Shown here piece after piece: positions 28,127-38,243 of a stretch of 64,000 nucleotides of DNA (its first letter is position 1; the number at the start of each line of letters is the position of its first letter). Origin of the DNA: Gammaproteobacteria bacterium (GTDB taxonomy: Bacteria > Actinomycetota > Acidimicrobiia > Spongiisociales > UBA4744); the NCBI GenBank assembly GCA_011682695.1, contig JAACED010000005.1, positions 2,488-66,487 on the forward strand, written 5' to 3'. The notes beneath the pieces are model-generated. The model did not search any database, had not been told where the DNA came from, and saw nothing but the letters and a program-made list of their open reading frames with translations. A program made the position numbers and the translations under genes.

Positions 28127-29029
28127 ATGAAGCGTGGAATTGCAGTTGCAGGTCTGGTGCTTTTGCTGGCAGGGTGCGCGTCGGGCACCAGCAGCGAGAT
28201 GCTGGACAAGAGCACACCTTTGCGGGAGCTTGCAGCAAGCGGTGCAGCGGAGCCGGGAGCCGAGCAGGTAACGAACGACCAGGTCACGAACGATCGCAAG
28301 ATCATCAAGAACGCCTCCATCGATCTCGAGGTGGCAGATCCGGAACAGGCAGCGCGCTCCGTGGCACGGCTGGCCGACCAGTTTGGCGGCTTTGTTTCGA
28401 ACGAGAGTCTGTACCGAGATGGCGACGGCGTGGACGAGATCACGTTCGCGCGACTCCAGGTTCGTGTTCCCGCCGATCGGCTGACAGAGTTCCTGGATGC
28501 GTTGAAGGCCGAGGCTGTCGACGTGCGATCCTTGAACATGACAGCGCAGGACATCTCGGAGCAATACAGCGACATCGAGGCACAGCTGCGCAACCTGCGC
28601 GCCTACGAAGACGAGCTGCGCCTGCTGCTCGCCGAAGTTCGGGATCGGCCGGAAGCGACGCCGGACGATCTGCTCAGCGTGTTCGAGAATATTCGCCAGG
28701 TCCGTGGTGAAATCGAGCAACTCGAAGGCAGGCAGCGACTGCTCGACTCGCAGGTGTCGTTGGCGACCGTCGATGTGACCTTGACGCCCTCTGAGGCCGT
28801 CGCACCACTGGCCAGGGAGGGATGGAGCGCCGGCTCGATCCTGCGCCAGGCAATCCGGGGACTCATCGTTGCGCTGCAATGGATCGCTTCGGCGGCGATC
28901 TGGCTGGTGGCCTTCTTCCTCCCGGTGCTCATCGTCATTCTCGTGCCGATTGCTCTGGTGTTCTGGCTGGTGATGTGGATCGTCCGCCGGCGCAGACTGC
29001 CGGACACGGATGGCAGTGACGGGACCTGA
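28127..29029 (+). CDS. DUF4349-like lipoprotein with C-terminal TM anchor
   Basis: Lipobox LLLAGCAS. Central coiled region. C-terminal hydrophobic helix followed by RRRR. Confidence 0.65.
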   Translation: MKRGIAVAGLVLLLAGCASGTSSEMLDKSTPLRELAASGAAEPGAEQVTNDQVTNDRKIIKNASIDLEVADPEQAARSVARLADQFGGFVSNESLYRDGDGVDEITFARLQVRVPADRLTEFLDALKAEAVDVRSLNMTAQDISEQYSDIEAQLRNLRAYEDELRLLLAEVRDRPEATPDDLLSVFENIRQVRGEIEQLEGRQRLLDSQVSLATVDVTLTPSEAVAPLAREGWSAGSILRQAIRGLIVALQWIASAAIWLVAFFLPVLIVILVPIALVFWLVMWIVRRRRLPDTDGSDGT

Positions 29030-29088
29030 AAACCGAGGGAGGGCCATCCCGTCGGGATGAAGTCCCCGGCACCGACTAGCGTGCGGCC

Positions 29089-30546
29089 GTGGTCTGGTTC
29101 GGTGCGCTCGCGTCTGCGGTCCTGTTGTGGCTCGCGTTTCCTCCTGTGGGTTGGGGAGCGATGGTGTTCATCGCTCCCACTCCACTGCTGTGGGGTCTGC
29201 GCCGGGCGAAGAGCCGCCGGGCGGCAGTCGGCGCCGTATACGTGTTCGGGATCGTCTTCTTCACTTCATTGCTGTGGTGGGTGGCGATCAGCACGCGCGT
29301 AGGCGCGGCGGTGCTGTTTCCGATCATGCCGCTGTATTTCATACCGCTCGGATGGGTCGTGTGGCGGACCCGCTCGTGGGCGCCCGGTCTCTGGTGGATG
29401 GTGGCCGTAGGCGGATGGGCGGCGACGGAGTGGGTGCGTGGCCACTGGCCGTTTGGGGGTTTCCCGTGGGGTTCGCTCGGCACCGCGGTCGGTGACGTTC
29501 CGGCCTTGCGGGCAACGGCGCAGTGGATAGGGGAGACCGGACTCTCGGTACTGGCGATCGGGATCGCTGCAGGACTCGTCCTCATGCTGGAACACAGAAG
29601 CGCCCGTTGGCTGGTCGGTGCCGTCGGGACCGGTCTGGTGCTCGTGCTCGCCGGATCTCTCTGGCCACCGCAGACCGATGGAAACGTCCTGCGCGTCGCG
29701 GTGATCCAGGGGTCGAGTCCATGCCCCGGCCGGTACTGCCTGGGTGAGAATCAGGAGATCTTCGACTCGCACCTCGCGTTGACACGCACCCTCGATGCGG
29801 GAAGTGTGGATCTCGTCATCTGGCCCGAGAGCTCTGCCCAATATGAGGCCGAAACGCTGACCAATCCGCAAAACGGCGAAGCAGTGGCCGCACAGGCGGT
29901 GCGATTGGATGCCTCGATTCTCGTTGGGTCGACCCGAGCCGTGGGAGACAGCGGATTCGTCAACGCGAACCTTCTCTACGGGCCGGACGGTGACGTCGTC
30001 GGCGAGTACACCAAGCGTCAGGGGGTGCCGTTCGGCGAGTACGTGCCGTTCAGGCGGTATCTGGGGTGGGTCAAGGAGATCGATCGTGTGTCCCGGGACT
30101 TGGTTCCCGGTGAGGGCTCTGTCGTGTGGGAACTCCCGGAGGGTCCGTTCGCGTCAGTGATCTGCTTCGAGGCCGCATTTCCCCGTCACGTACGCGAAGC
30201 GGTCCAAGCGGGGGCGAGATTTGTGGTGGTGACGACCAATGAGTCCGGCTATGGACGCACGGCAGCGACGCTGCAGTTCAGTGAGATGACCCGCATGCGG
30301 GCAGCCGAGAACGGTATCGACATGGTGCATGCCTCGATTACGGGCTCGAGCGCTCTGATCACCGCCGACGGGACGATCACCGATCGCACGCCGATCATGG
30401 AACCCGCCATTCTCAGAGGTGAGGTCGGATTCCGGACGCTGGGGCCAACTCTGTACACCCGCATAGGGGATTGGGTGCAACTGCTCGCGATCGCAGGACT
30501 TCTCATTGCCGTCGGTCTTGGCGTACGGCGAGAACGGGTGGAATAA
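29089..30546 (+). CDS. lnt: Apolipoprotein N-acyltransferase
   Basis: Multi-TM N-domain plus CN-hydrolase domain (VIWPES...CFEAAFP...TNESGYG). Confidence 0.85.
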   Translation: MVWFGALASAVLLWLAFPPVGWGAMVFIAPTPLLWGLRRAKSRRAAVGAVYVFGIVFFTSLLWWVAISTRVGAAVLFPIMPLYFIPLGWVVWRTRSWAPGLWWMVAVGGWAATEWVRGHWPFGGFPWGSLGTAVGDVPALRATAQWIGETGLSVLAIGIAAGLVLMLEHRSARWLVGAVGTGLVLVLAGSLWPPQTDGNVLRVAVIQGSSPCPGRYCLGENQEIFDSHLALTRTLDAGSVDLVIWPESSAQYEAETLTNPQNGEAVAAQAVRLDASILVGSTRAVGDSGFVNANLLYGPDGDVVGEYTKRQGVPFGEYVPFRRYLGWVKEIDRVSRDLVPGEGSVVWELPEGPFASVICFEAAFPRHVREAVQAGARFVVVTTNESGYGRTAATLQFSEMTRMRAAENGIDMVHASITGSSALITADGTITDRTPIMEPAILRGEVGFRTLGPTLYTRIGDWVQLLAIAGLLIAVGLGVRRERVE

Positions 30547-30564
30547 CGCTGTTGGCGCTCGCGC

Positions 30565-31434
30565 TCATGGCCTTTCGGACGGTGCACCGAGGAGCTTCTC
30601 GATGATGGCAGGAACCGTTGAACCGGCCGGCCCGTCCACCCGAACGGCAGCGAGCTCGTCTCGGTCGGTCGGCCCGAGGTTGGCGATGACGAGCGGAGCG
30701 CCGCGAAACACGGGTTCGAGGACGAAGTCGACCGCGGGATATACCGAAAGCGTGCTTCCGATCGACAAGACGGCATCAGCCTCCTGGGACATCTGTTGTG
30801 CGCGGGCAACGGCGGCACCCGGCAGCAACTCGCCGAACAACACGGTGGTCGATTTGAGAATGCCGCCGCAGTGGAGGCAGTGCGGGTCGTCGTCGCCTCC
30901 GACGATCCGGTCGAGGATTTCCTCTGCAGACCAAACCGTCGCACAGGAGACGCAACGAACATGCCTCAAGTTTCCGTGGAGTTCGGCGATCTCGGTTTCC
31001 GGCAGGCCTGCCTTTTGGTGGAGTCCGTCGATGTTCTGGGTGATGCAACCGACCATTCGGCCGCTCTTCCACAGATCTACGGCTGCGTAGTGGGCCGGAT
31101 TCGGATGTAGGTCGCTGATGTTGAGATCCCCGGCGAGGTGGATTCGCCAAACTTCACGCCGGGCCTCGACGTCGGACAGGTAGCGGCCGATCTCGAACAG
31201 TGAAGGGTCGACTCGGGACCAGAGGCCGTCCGGGCCGCGGAAATCGGGGATGCCGGACTCGACGGAGATCCCGGCGCCCGTGAACACGAGGATGTGCTCG
31301 GCTCGACCGAGGATGGCGGCGGCTCGCTGGACGGACTCGTGCACGCCCAGCAAGATAGCGCATGGCCGGCATGTTTTCGCCCGATGGGCGGGTGTGGAGG
31401 CTTGACGGCCTGTAGCCTCGGCACTCATGAGCAC
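30565..31434 (-). CDS. cobB: NAD-dependent protein deacylase (sirtuin, Sir2 family)
   Basis: GAGISVESGIPDFRG, QNIDGLH, Zn ribbon CVSC...CLHC. Confidence 0.85.
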   Translation of the reverse strand: MLMSAEATGRQASTPAHRAKTCRPCAILLGVHESVQRAAAILGRAEHILVFTGAGISVESGIPDFRGPDGLWSRVDPSLFEIGRYLSDVEARREVWRIHLAGDLNISDLHPNPAHYAAVDLWKSGRMVGCITQNIDGLHQKAGLPETEIAELHGNLRHVRCVSCATVWSAEEILDRIVGGDDDPHCLHCGGILKSTTVLFGELLPGAAVARAQQMSQEADAVLSIGSTLSVYPAVDFVLEPVFRGAPLVIANLGPTDRDELAAVRVDGPAGSTVPAIIEKLLGAPSERP

Positions 31435-32761
31435 ATGGGTTCACCGACAGCGACTCTCGACCCGGCACAAGGTGCTGTGGGCTTTTGGGACATTCGGCGT
31501 GTCGCTCTCGTACGAGGCGTTCATCGGCTGGGTGCAGTTCTTCTACCTCGACGTTCTTCGCCTCGCCCCTCTCGCGATGACGTGGGCCTGGGTGCTGTAC
31601 ACGCTGTGGAACATGGTCAACGATCCGATTGCCGGTCAACTCTCCGATCGTACGAGCACCCGCTGGGGCCGGCGTATCCCATGGATCATGGGGCTGGCGA
31701 TACCCTTGGGCATCAGCTTCGCGTTGATCTGGACACCGCCCGCCGGATTGGGGCTTGGCCTCGGAGGCGGCCTCTGGTGGTACTTCCTGATCGCCATTTG
31801 CGTCTTCGATGCGATGTTCTCTGCAATCACCATCAACTACGTAGCGCTGTTCCCGGCGATGTATCCGGAGCAGGGCCCGCGTGCCGCCGTGGCGGGGTGG
31901 CGGCAAGGGTTCGCGATCCTCGGTGTGATCGTCGGGGTGACGTTCGCCAAGAGTGTCGCGGATGCCGTCGGATGGGCGGCGATGGGGGTGCTGTTCGGAG
32001 CGTTGGCAAGCCTCGCGTTCTTCATCTCTCTCGGCGGGAGTTTCGAGCCTGCTCGTACGTCTGTCGCATCAGACGTTCCGTTCAAGACGGCGGTTCGGAT
32101 GACACTTCGCAGCGGTTCATTCCGATGGTTTCTCGTCATGTCGACCACTATCGAGTTCACGCTCATCGTCCTTCCCGCCGTTGTACCGCTGTTCGCCAAG
32201 TACGTGCTGGGGGAGAGCGATGGTCTTCGGCAGGGCCTGATCAGCGGTGTTGCATTCGTTGTCGCCATCCCTTCGTTCGCCTTGTGGACGTGGGCGGCCA
32301 AGCGGTGGGAGAGTCGTTCGGCCATCATCGTCGCGCTCGGTCTCTTCGGTATTCTGCTGATACCGCTCGGAGTGGTCCGGTCGTATGACCAGGCACTCAT
32401 TGCGGCGGCGGGACTCGGCGTCGGTCTGGCCGGACTGCTGATGCTGCGTGAAGTCATGCTGGCCGACGTGATCGATGAAGATGCCGCCCGTCACGGTGTG
32501 CGTCGCGAGGGGATGTTCTTCGGAATGCACGGGTTCGTCATCCGAGCGGCGTTCGCCTTCCAAGGCACGCTGATCGGCGGGATGCTGGCGATCACCGGTT
32601 ACGACCCTGCACTCGTCGCGCAGCCGCAGAATGTCGCGTTGGGACTCCGGATCCTCATCTCCGGCGCGCCGCTGATCGCAGTCCTCATCGCTGTCTACGC
32701 TGCGCGCCGGTACTCATTGCACGGGGAGCGTCTCGCAGCGGTGAAGGCGGCGACGCCCTGA
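31427..32761 (+). CDS. MFS transporter, glycoside-pentoside-hexuronide:cation symporter-like
   Basis: 12-TM profile and GPH-family N-terminal motifs (NDPIAGQLSDRT..WGRR). Confidence 0.8.
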   Translation: MSTWVHRQRLSTRHKVLWAFGTFGVSLSYEAFIGWVQFFYLDVLRLAPLAMTWAWVLYTLWNMVNDPIAGQLSDRTSTRWGRRIPWIMGLAIPLGISFALIWTPPAGLGLGLGGGLWWYFLIAICVFDAMFSAITINYVALFPAMYPEQGPRAAVAGWRQGFAILGVIVGVTFAKSVADAVGWAAMGVLFGALASLAFFISLGGSFEPARTSVASDVPFKTAVRMTLRSGSFRWFLVMSTTIEFTLIVLPAVVPLFAKYVLGESDGLRQGLISGVAFVVAIPSFALWTWAAKRWESRSAIIVALGLFGILLIPLGVVRSYDQALIAAAGLGVGLAGLLMLREVMLADVIDEDAARHGVRREGMFFGMHGFVIRAAFAFQGTLIGGMLAITGYDPALVAQPQNVALGLRILISGAPLIAVLIAVYAARRYSLHGERLAAVKAATP

Positions 32762-33519
32762 TGGATTGTGTCGTGCTCGCCGGCGGGGTGCCGATGCCGG
32801 GCGACAGCCTCTATCCGTTGACCCGGGGACTCCCGAAGGCGCAGGTCGAGGTCGCGGGCAGGACCGTCGGTCAGCGGGTCATCGACGCGCTGACGGACGC
32901 GGAGACGATCGATCATATCGTGATCGCGGGGATCGAGCCCGGGGTATTCATGTCTCCGAAGATCGTCGAGACGGTCCCGAATCGTGGCGGCCTCGTCGAC
33001 AACTTCATGGCGGGCGTCGACGTGTTGCTTGCCCGCGACCCCGACATGTCGATTGCCGCGGGCTGTACATCCGACGTCCCACTGCTGAGCGGGGCCATGG
33101 TCGACTGGTTCACCTCTGCAGCCGGAGCGCACGACGCGGTGGCCGGGGTGATCCGTCGCGAGGCCGTCGAGGCCGGTTACCCCGACTACCCGAACGAGTA
33201 CTGGCGTCTCACCGACGGTGAATTCACCGCGGCCGACTTCATCGTTTTCCGTCCGGCGTTGGCGGTTGACCTGAAGTCTCGCCTCGAACCGTTCGCCGGA
33301 GCGCGCAAGAACGCTCTGCAAACCGCGCGACTGATCGGATGGGGCCTCCTGTTCCGGTATCTGTTTCGGCGTCTCGGCCTCATGCAGGCGGAGAGAAGCA
33401 TCTCGAAGACTCTCGGACTCGGCCTCCGGATCCTCGACGTTCCTCATCCGGAGATGGGGCTCGATCTCGATCTCGTGGAACACGTTCCGGTATTGGAGCG
33501 TTGGGTGGCGAGGCGCTAA
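32761..33519 (+). CDS. Nucleotidyltransferase (MobA-like NTP-transferase fold)
   Basis: N-terminus VVLAGGVPMPGD...LTRGLPKAQVEVAGR typical of NTP_transf_3. The start overlaps the transporter stop. Confidence 0.6.
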   Translation: MDCVVLAGGVPMPGDSLYPLTRGLPKAQVEVAGRTVGQRVIDALTDAETIDHIVIAGIEPGVFMSPKIVETVPNRGGLVDNFMAGVDVLLARDPDMSIAAGCTSDVPLLSGAMVDWFTSAAGAHDAVAGVIRREAVEAGYPDYPNEYWRLTDGEFTAADFIVFRPALAVDLKSRLEPFAGARKNALQTARLIGWGLLFRYLFRRLGLMQAERSISKTLGLGLRILDVPHPEMGLDLDLVEHVPVLERWVARR

Positions 33520-33573
33520 GGAACGCCGCCCCCATTGCCGATGGAGATGTGTAGCCACTCGTGAGGAAATGAC

Positions 33574-34911
33574 GTGAAGCCCATGCAACTCGCCGGTCCG
33601 ATCGCTGCCGCCTCCACGTTTCCCGACGAAGTGGGGAGAATCGCAGCAACCCTCCAGTCTGTTGCCGACCATCTGGAGCTTCGGATCCGTGAGATGGAGA
33701 CACTCGACCGCATCACGACCTTGATCAACGATGGTCTTCTCCTCGAGGACGTTCTCGAAAAGGTCTATGAGAGCTTTCGAGGAGTCATCCCGTACAACAG
33801 GATCAGCTTCTCACTGATCGAGGGTGATCGCGTGTTCGCCAAGTGGGTGAAGTCCGACCTTCCGACGGTGAAGCTCCTCGTGGGCTACTCGGCGGATCTG
33901 GAGGGAAGCAGCCTCCAAGACATCATCGAAACCGGGAAGCCCAGAATCATCAACGACGTGGGCGCGTACTACCGGTACAAGCCGGACTCGAAATCCACCA
34001 GGCTCATCTTCGAAGAGGGCATCAGGTCGTCGCTCACCTGTCCATTGACGAACAACGGGACGGCGGTCGGGTTCATGTTCTTCTCAAGTGTGGCCCGTAA
34101 CGCGTACACTCCCGACCATGTCGCAACATTTCTGCGCATCGCCTCGCAACTCTCGACCATCGTCGATCGCGGGCGCATGATGTCGGAGATAGCGTCGCGT
34201 GGGGCTGCGATCGAGGAGCAGAACAGGGAACTGGCTCGGCTGAACGAGACCAAGGATCGTTTCCTTGGCATGGCCGCCCACGACCTGCGTAACCCGGTCT
34301 CCATCGTGCTCATGGCGGCCGAGTATCTGGCAGCCTGTGCCGTGGATGAGGAGCATCGTATCTTCGTCGAAGATATCGTCCAGCAAGCCCGGTACATGCT
34401 CGAACTCATCAACGATCTGCTTGACGTGTCCCAGATCGAGTCCGGGGCGCTCGAGCTGTATCGCCAGGAGGTGGACCTCTACGAGTTCCTCAGCCTCGAG
34501 GTGAAACGACATAGGCAGCTGGCGAAGGGCAAAGGCACGACGGTCGAGTTCACGCCGAGCGAGGGCGGGCTCGTACAGGCCGATCCGGCACGCCTTCGCC
34601 AAGTGGTGGATAACCTGATTTCGAACGCTGTCAAGTACTCGCCTCCCGGCAGCAACGTGCGTGTCTCCGTCCACGAACTGTCTCCCGGGTGGAAGATTCA
34701 GGTCCAGGACGAAGGTCCGGGTGTCAACAGCGCCGATCGGGAACGGCTGTTCAGCTACTTCGGGAAGCTGTCCAACCGGCCGACCGGTGGAGAGGCGAGC
34801 ACCGGACTCGGGATGGCGATCAGCCGGCGGATCGTCGAAGCACACGGCGGCGAGATCGGGCAGGATCCCGCGCCCGGTGGCGGAAGCATCTTCTGGTTCA
34901 CCTTGCCCTAG
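33574..34911 (+). CDS. Sensor histidine kinase with GAF domain (GAF-HisKA-HATPase_c)
   Basis: H-box AAHDLRNPVS, N/G1/G2 boxes. No adjacent response regulator. Confidence 0.8.
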   Translation: MKPMQLAGPIAAASTFPDEVGRIAATLQSVADHLELRIREMETLDRITTLINDGLLLEDVLEKVYESFRGVIPYNRISFSLIEGDRVFAKWVKSDLPTVKLLVGYSADLEGSSLQDIIETGKPRIINDVGAYYRYKPDSKSTRLIFEEGIRSSLTCPLTNNGTAVGFMFFSSVARNAYTPDHVATFLRIASQLSTIVDRGRMMSEIASRGAAIEEQNRELARLNETKDRFLGMAAHDLRNPVSIVLMAAEYLAACAVDEEHRIFVEDIVQQARYMLELINDLLDVSQIESGALELYRQEVDLYEFLSLEVKRHRQLAKGKGTTVEFTPSEGGLVQADPARLRQVVDNLISNAVKYSPPGSNVRVSVHELSPGWKIQVQDEGPGVNSADRERLFSYFGKLSNRPTGGEASTGLGMAISRRIVEAHGGEIGQDPAPGGGSIFWFTLP

Positions 34912-34965
34912 AGAGGCAGGCACCCCAAGCTCCACGTTCCGCCACCGGAGCGCCGACCGTGATGA

Positions 34966-36933
34966 TCAGAATCGCTCGAAAGCGACTCGTTCGAGCGTGT
35001 CGAAGTCGTGCACGGCAATTCCACCTTGGGTGATCGTGTAGATGTTCGGTCCGATCACCATCGTTCGAATGGGCGTCCAGCGCCACGGCTCGAGCCGTTC
35101 CAAGTCCTTCCCGGAGATGGGCCCGTCCTCGAAGGCACGCAACACCTTCTCGAAGGTGAGGTGCCTTCCGTCCACACGTACGGCGAGAACGCCGGTGTCG
35201 TACGAGGATCCATCACGTTCCCATCCTTCGTATGGGGTGAGTACGAGTCCGTTCCAGAACGTGAACGCGTGGTGGTCGTTTTCGGCCTGTGAGTAACCGC
35301 CGTCCATCGCCACCTGATCGATCTTGACGGGATGCGCAGGGTCGGAGACGTCGAACAGCGAGAGTTGCGTGCCCTTCGTCCTGCCGGTCTTGTCGGCGTC
35401 CTGGCCGAGTCCGAGGAGTAGACCTTCACCGACAGGGTGCAGGTACGCGGAGTACCCAAGGATCTTGAGCTCACCGACGACGCTCGGTCGTCTCGGATTC
35501 GACAGGTCGATCGTGTAGAGAGGGTCGGTCTGACGGAACGTCACGACGTACCCGATGTCGTCGATGAAACGCACCCCGAAGATGCGCTCGCCGCGTCCAA
35601 GACCGTCGATTCTGCCCACCTCGGCGAGCCGGTTGCCCTCGAGTTGCAGGATCGTCACCAGGCTCTCGGACTCATCGGACCACCACCAGCCTTGTGGGGC
35701 GGTCGTACTTGCCACGCGCAGTGATCCGTCGTACTCGTCCATCGAGAACTGATTCAGCAGAAACCCGGTGACTTCGCCACTGGCCACATAGCGAGGGCTG
35801 CCCGAGGTGTCGAACATGTGGATCTTGCTGCGATACCTCTCCGCTTCGTCCCTGATCTCGTTTTCCTCCAGCAGTCCCCAGTCCATCCACGGCTGGGTGG
35901 CCACGTAGACGTGCTCGGCCGTCGCATACAGCGTGCTTCCCGATGCAACGACACCCGCGTCGTCCCACGAGCCGATCCCGTCCTCGAGGTCGAAGGTCAG
36001 AATCGAGAGCGTGTTCAGACCAGAGAACTCATTGGGCGCCATCACCGACGAGCAGTCGAGCAGCCTGCCTTCGGTGGTGCGGCCGGCACTCTCGAGGACG
36101 TAGTAGGGCAGCCAGTTGTCGAGCTTCGAGTCTCGAACGATCTGCTGGTTCTTGGAGGTGGCGACCCGTTCGGATCGAAGCCCGGATCCCTCCGGATACG
36201 CCCAGTCGAAGCCAACCGGCGAAGAAGTGATCGCGACGGTTGCCCGAGAACCCACGAGGCGAGATGACACGTACCCGCCGTCCAGCCAGAGCGTCTGGAC
36301 GAGCTTGGGGCGGTACGGATCGGACACGTCCACTTGGGCCAGACGGGTCACGGCCGACTGTGGAGGCGCTATGCCCGTATCAAATGCCAGGGGTCGCGGG
36401 CCGCCCTGCCAGTCCTGGCCGATCAGTACGACGGTGTCGCCGAAGAGCAGCATCTGGCTTGGCCACCAGTCACGAAGCTCGAGGCTCCCCGCGATCTCGA
36501 CCCCATTGCTCTTCGGGAGCGCTATCTGCAAGGAACCGTTCACCAGAGCGAAGATGCGGTTGCCGTCGGTCTTGACGATATCTGCCTCGTCGACGCCTGC
36601 GACCTGCACATTGGTTCCGGAGTAGTCCTTTGTGCTGGATGCCTGGGTCGTCGAAGGCGACGTGATCGGGCCCGGTGCGCCGCGGACTGCGTCCTCTTCG
36701 AGGAAGGCGGGTCCGTACGGCCCATATCCCGGCAGACCGTATGGCCCCACGAGCGGTAGCGCCTGCTCGATGTAGTAATCGAGCAGATCGTCACACTGGC
36801 TGAAGCTGTGCAGCGCGGCACCGAATACACCGGGCGTGGTTGGTTGTGTCGTTGTGCTGCCCACGGTGCCGACCTCGGCACAGGCGGACATCAAGAGTGC
36901 AAGTACGGTGAGCAGGATCGTGAATCGGCGCAT
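34966..36933 (-). CDS. Secreted beta-propeller domain lipoprotein
   Basis: Lipobox LLMSACAEV. Long beta-rich repeats consistent with the Beta_propel family. The track's upstream extension is trimmed to the MRRFTILL start. Confidence 0.65.
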   Translation of the reverse strand: MRRFTILLTVLALLMSACAEVGTVGSTTTQPTTPGVFGAALHSFSQCDDLLDYYIEQALPLVGPYGLPGYGPYGPAFLEEDAVRGAPGPITSPSTTQASSTKDYSGTNVQVAGVDEADIVKTDGNRIFALVNGSLQIALPKSNGVEIAGSLELRDWWPSQMLLFGDTVVLIGQDWQGGPRPLAFDTGIAPPQSAVTRLAQVDVSDPYRPKLVQTLWLDGGYVSSRLVGSRATVAITSSPVGFDWAYPEGSGLRSERVATSKNQQIVRDSKLDNWLPYYVLESAGRTTEGRLLDCSSVMAPNEFSGLNTLSILTFDLEDGIGSWDDAGVVASGSTLYATAEHVYVATQPWMDWGLLEENEIRDEAERYRSKIHMFDTSGSPRYVASGEVTGFLLNQFSMDEYDGSLRVASTTAPQGWWWSDESESLVTILQLEGNRLAEVGRIDGLGRGERIFGVRFIDDIGYVVTFRQTDPLYTIDLSNPRRPSVVGELKILGYSAYLHPVGEGLLLGLGQDADKTGRTKGTQLSLFDVSDPAHPVKIDQVAMDGGYSQAENDHHAFTFWNGLVLTPYEGWERDGSSYDTGVLAVRVDGRHLTFEKVLRAFEDGPISGKDLERLEPWRWTPIRTMVIGPNIYTITQGGIAVHDFDTLERVAFERF

Positions 36934-37043
36934 GGTTCCTCCGTTCGTTCGCCGCTTGGACGGCTCGAGGGGCCTGCCGGGTTCCCGGAACCGGCGGTGG
37001 GCGGCGATTGCGTCCCTGTGATGCCTGTGTGAGACTGGCGGCC

Positions 37044-38243
37044 ATGGCAACCTCAACCGAGCTTGATGCAGTACTCGAAGTCGTGCGCAGTTTCATCGAT
37101 CAGGAGGTCATTCCGGTCGAATCCAAGTTTCTCGCAGACGGTTTTGCGGGGGTCTTTCTCAAGCTGCAGGCACTCCGCCACCTGGTCAAAGAGATGGGTC
37201 TGTGGGTTCCTCATCTGCCGGAGGAGATGGGCGGCCCAGGGCTTTCGCTCGTCGAATTCGCACAGGTAAGCGAGCAACTCGGCCGGACTCCGCTTGGACA
37301 TTTCGTATTCAACGCCCAGGCTCCCGATGTCGGAAATATGGAGCTGCTGCTGGGTCACGGAAGCCCGGCACAGAAGCAGAAATGGCTGCTCCCGCTGATC
37401 GACGGCGAGATCCGGTCGTGCTTCTCGATGACAGAACCGGGCCGTGCAGGGTCGAATCCCACATGGCTGGCGACGACTGCGACGAGAGACGGGGATCACT
37501 ACGTGGTCAACGGTGACAAGTGGTTCACGTCTGCCGCCGAAGGAGCCGCGTTCACCATCGTCATGGCCGTGACGAACCCACAAGCTTCGGAACGTCATCA
37601 GAGGGCGAGCATGATCATCGTTCCCACCGACACTCCTGGTTTCGAGCTGGTGCGAAACACGTCCGTGATGGGGGAGGCCGGTTCAGGATGGGCGAGCCAT
37701 GCAGAGGTTGCGTTCACCGATTGCAGGGTGCCCGTGGAGAACCGGATCGGAGCCGAAGGTGCGGGGTTTGTCCTGGCACAGGAACGCCTGGGTCCAGGGC
37801 GCATCCACCATTGCATGCGCTGGATCGGCATCTGTGAGCGAGCCATCGAGATCATGTGCCGTCACGCGGTCGATCGGGAACTTGCTCCGGGGAGGCCACT
37901 CGCATCACGCCAGGTCGTCCAGCACTGGATCGCGGACAGCAGGGCAGAGGTGAACGCATCCCGACTGATGGTGCTCGACGCGGCGGCGAAGATCGAACGG
38001 GAGGGGAGCCGTGGGGCTCGCACCGAGGTTTCGGCAATCAAGTTCTACGTTGCCAACACGCTCGGCAGAGTTCTCGACAGGGCCCTGCAGACACTCGGTG
38101 GGATGGGAATGACCGACTACACGCCGATCGCCTTCTGGTTTCGACATGAGCGGGCCGCTCGCATCTACGACGGTGCCGACGAGGTGCACCGCAATGTCGT
38201 CGCCCGCACGGAACTGGCGAAGTACGGATATCAGGGTCGATGA
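37044..38243 (+). CDS. Acyl-CoA dehydrogenase
   Basis: ACAD N/M/C domains (FSMTEPGRAGSNP, catalytic Glu region near the C-terminus). Confidence 0.85.
   Translation: MATSTELDAVLEVVRSFIDQEVIPVESKFLADGFAGVFLKLQALRHLVKEMGLWVPHLPEEMGGPGLSLVEFAQVSEQLGRTPLGHFVFNAQAPDVGNMELLLGHGSPAQKQKWLLPLIDGEIRSCFSMTEPGRAGSNPTWLATTATRDGDHYVVNGDKWFTSAAEGAAFTIVMAVTNPQASERHQRASMIIVPTDTPGFELVRNTSVMGEAGSGWASHAEVAFTDCRVPVENRIGAEGAGFVLAQERLGPGRIHHCMRWIGICERAIEIMCRHAVDRELAPGRPLASRQVVQHWIADSRAEVNASRLMVLDAAAKIEREGSRGARTEVSAIKFYVANTLGRVLDRALQTLGGMGMTDYTPIAFWFRHERAARIYDGADEVHRNVVARTELAKYGYQGR

Noticed and set aside
30565-31434. Sir2-domain protein as a possible anti-phage defence (Thoeris/DSR-like) component
   Set aside because: Sequence is a canonical short CobB-type sirtuin with a Zn ribbon. 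It has no SLOG, TIR or other effector partner, and its neighbours are housekeeping genes.
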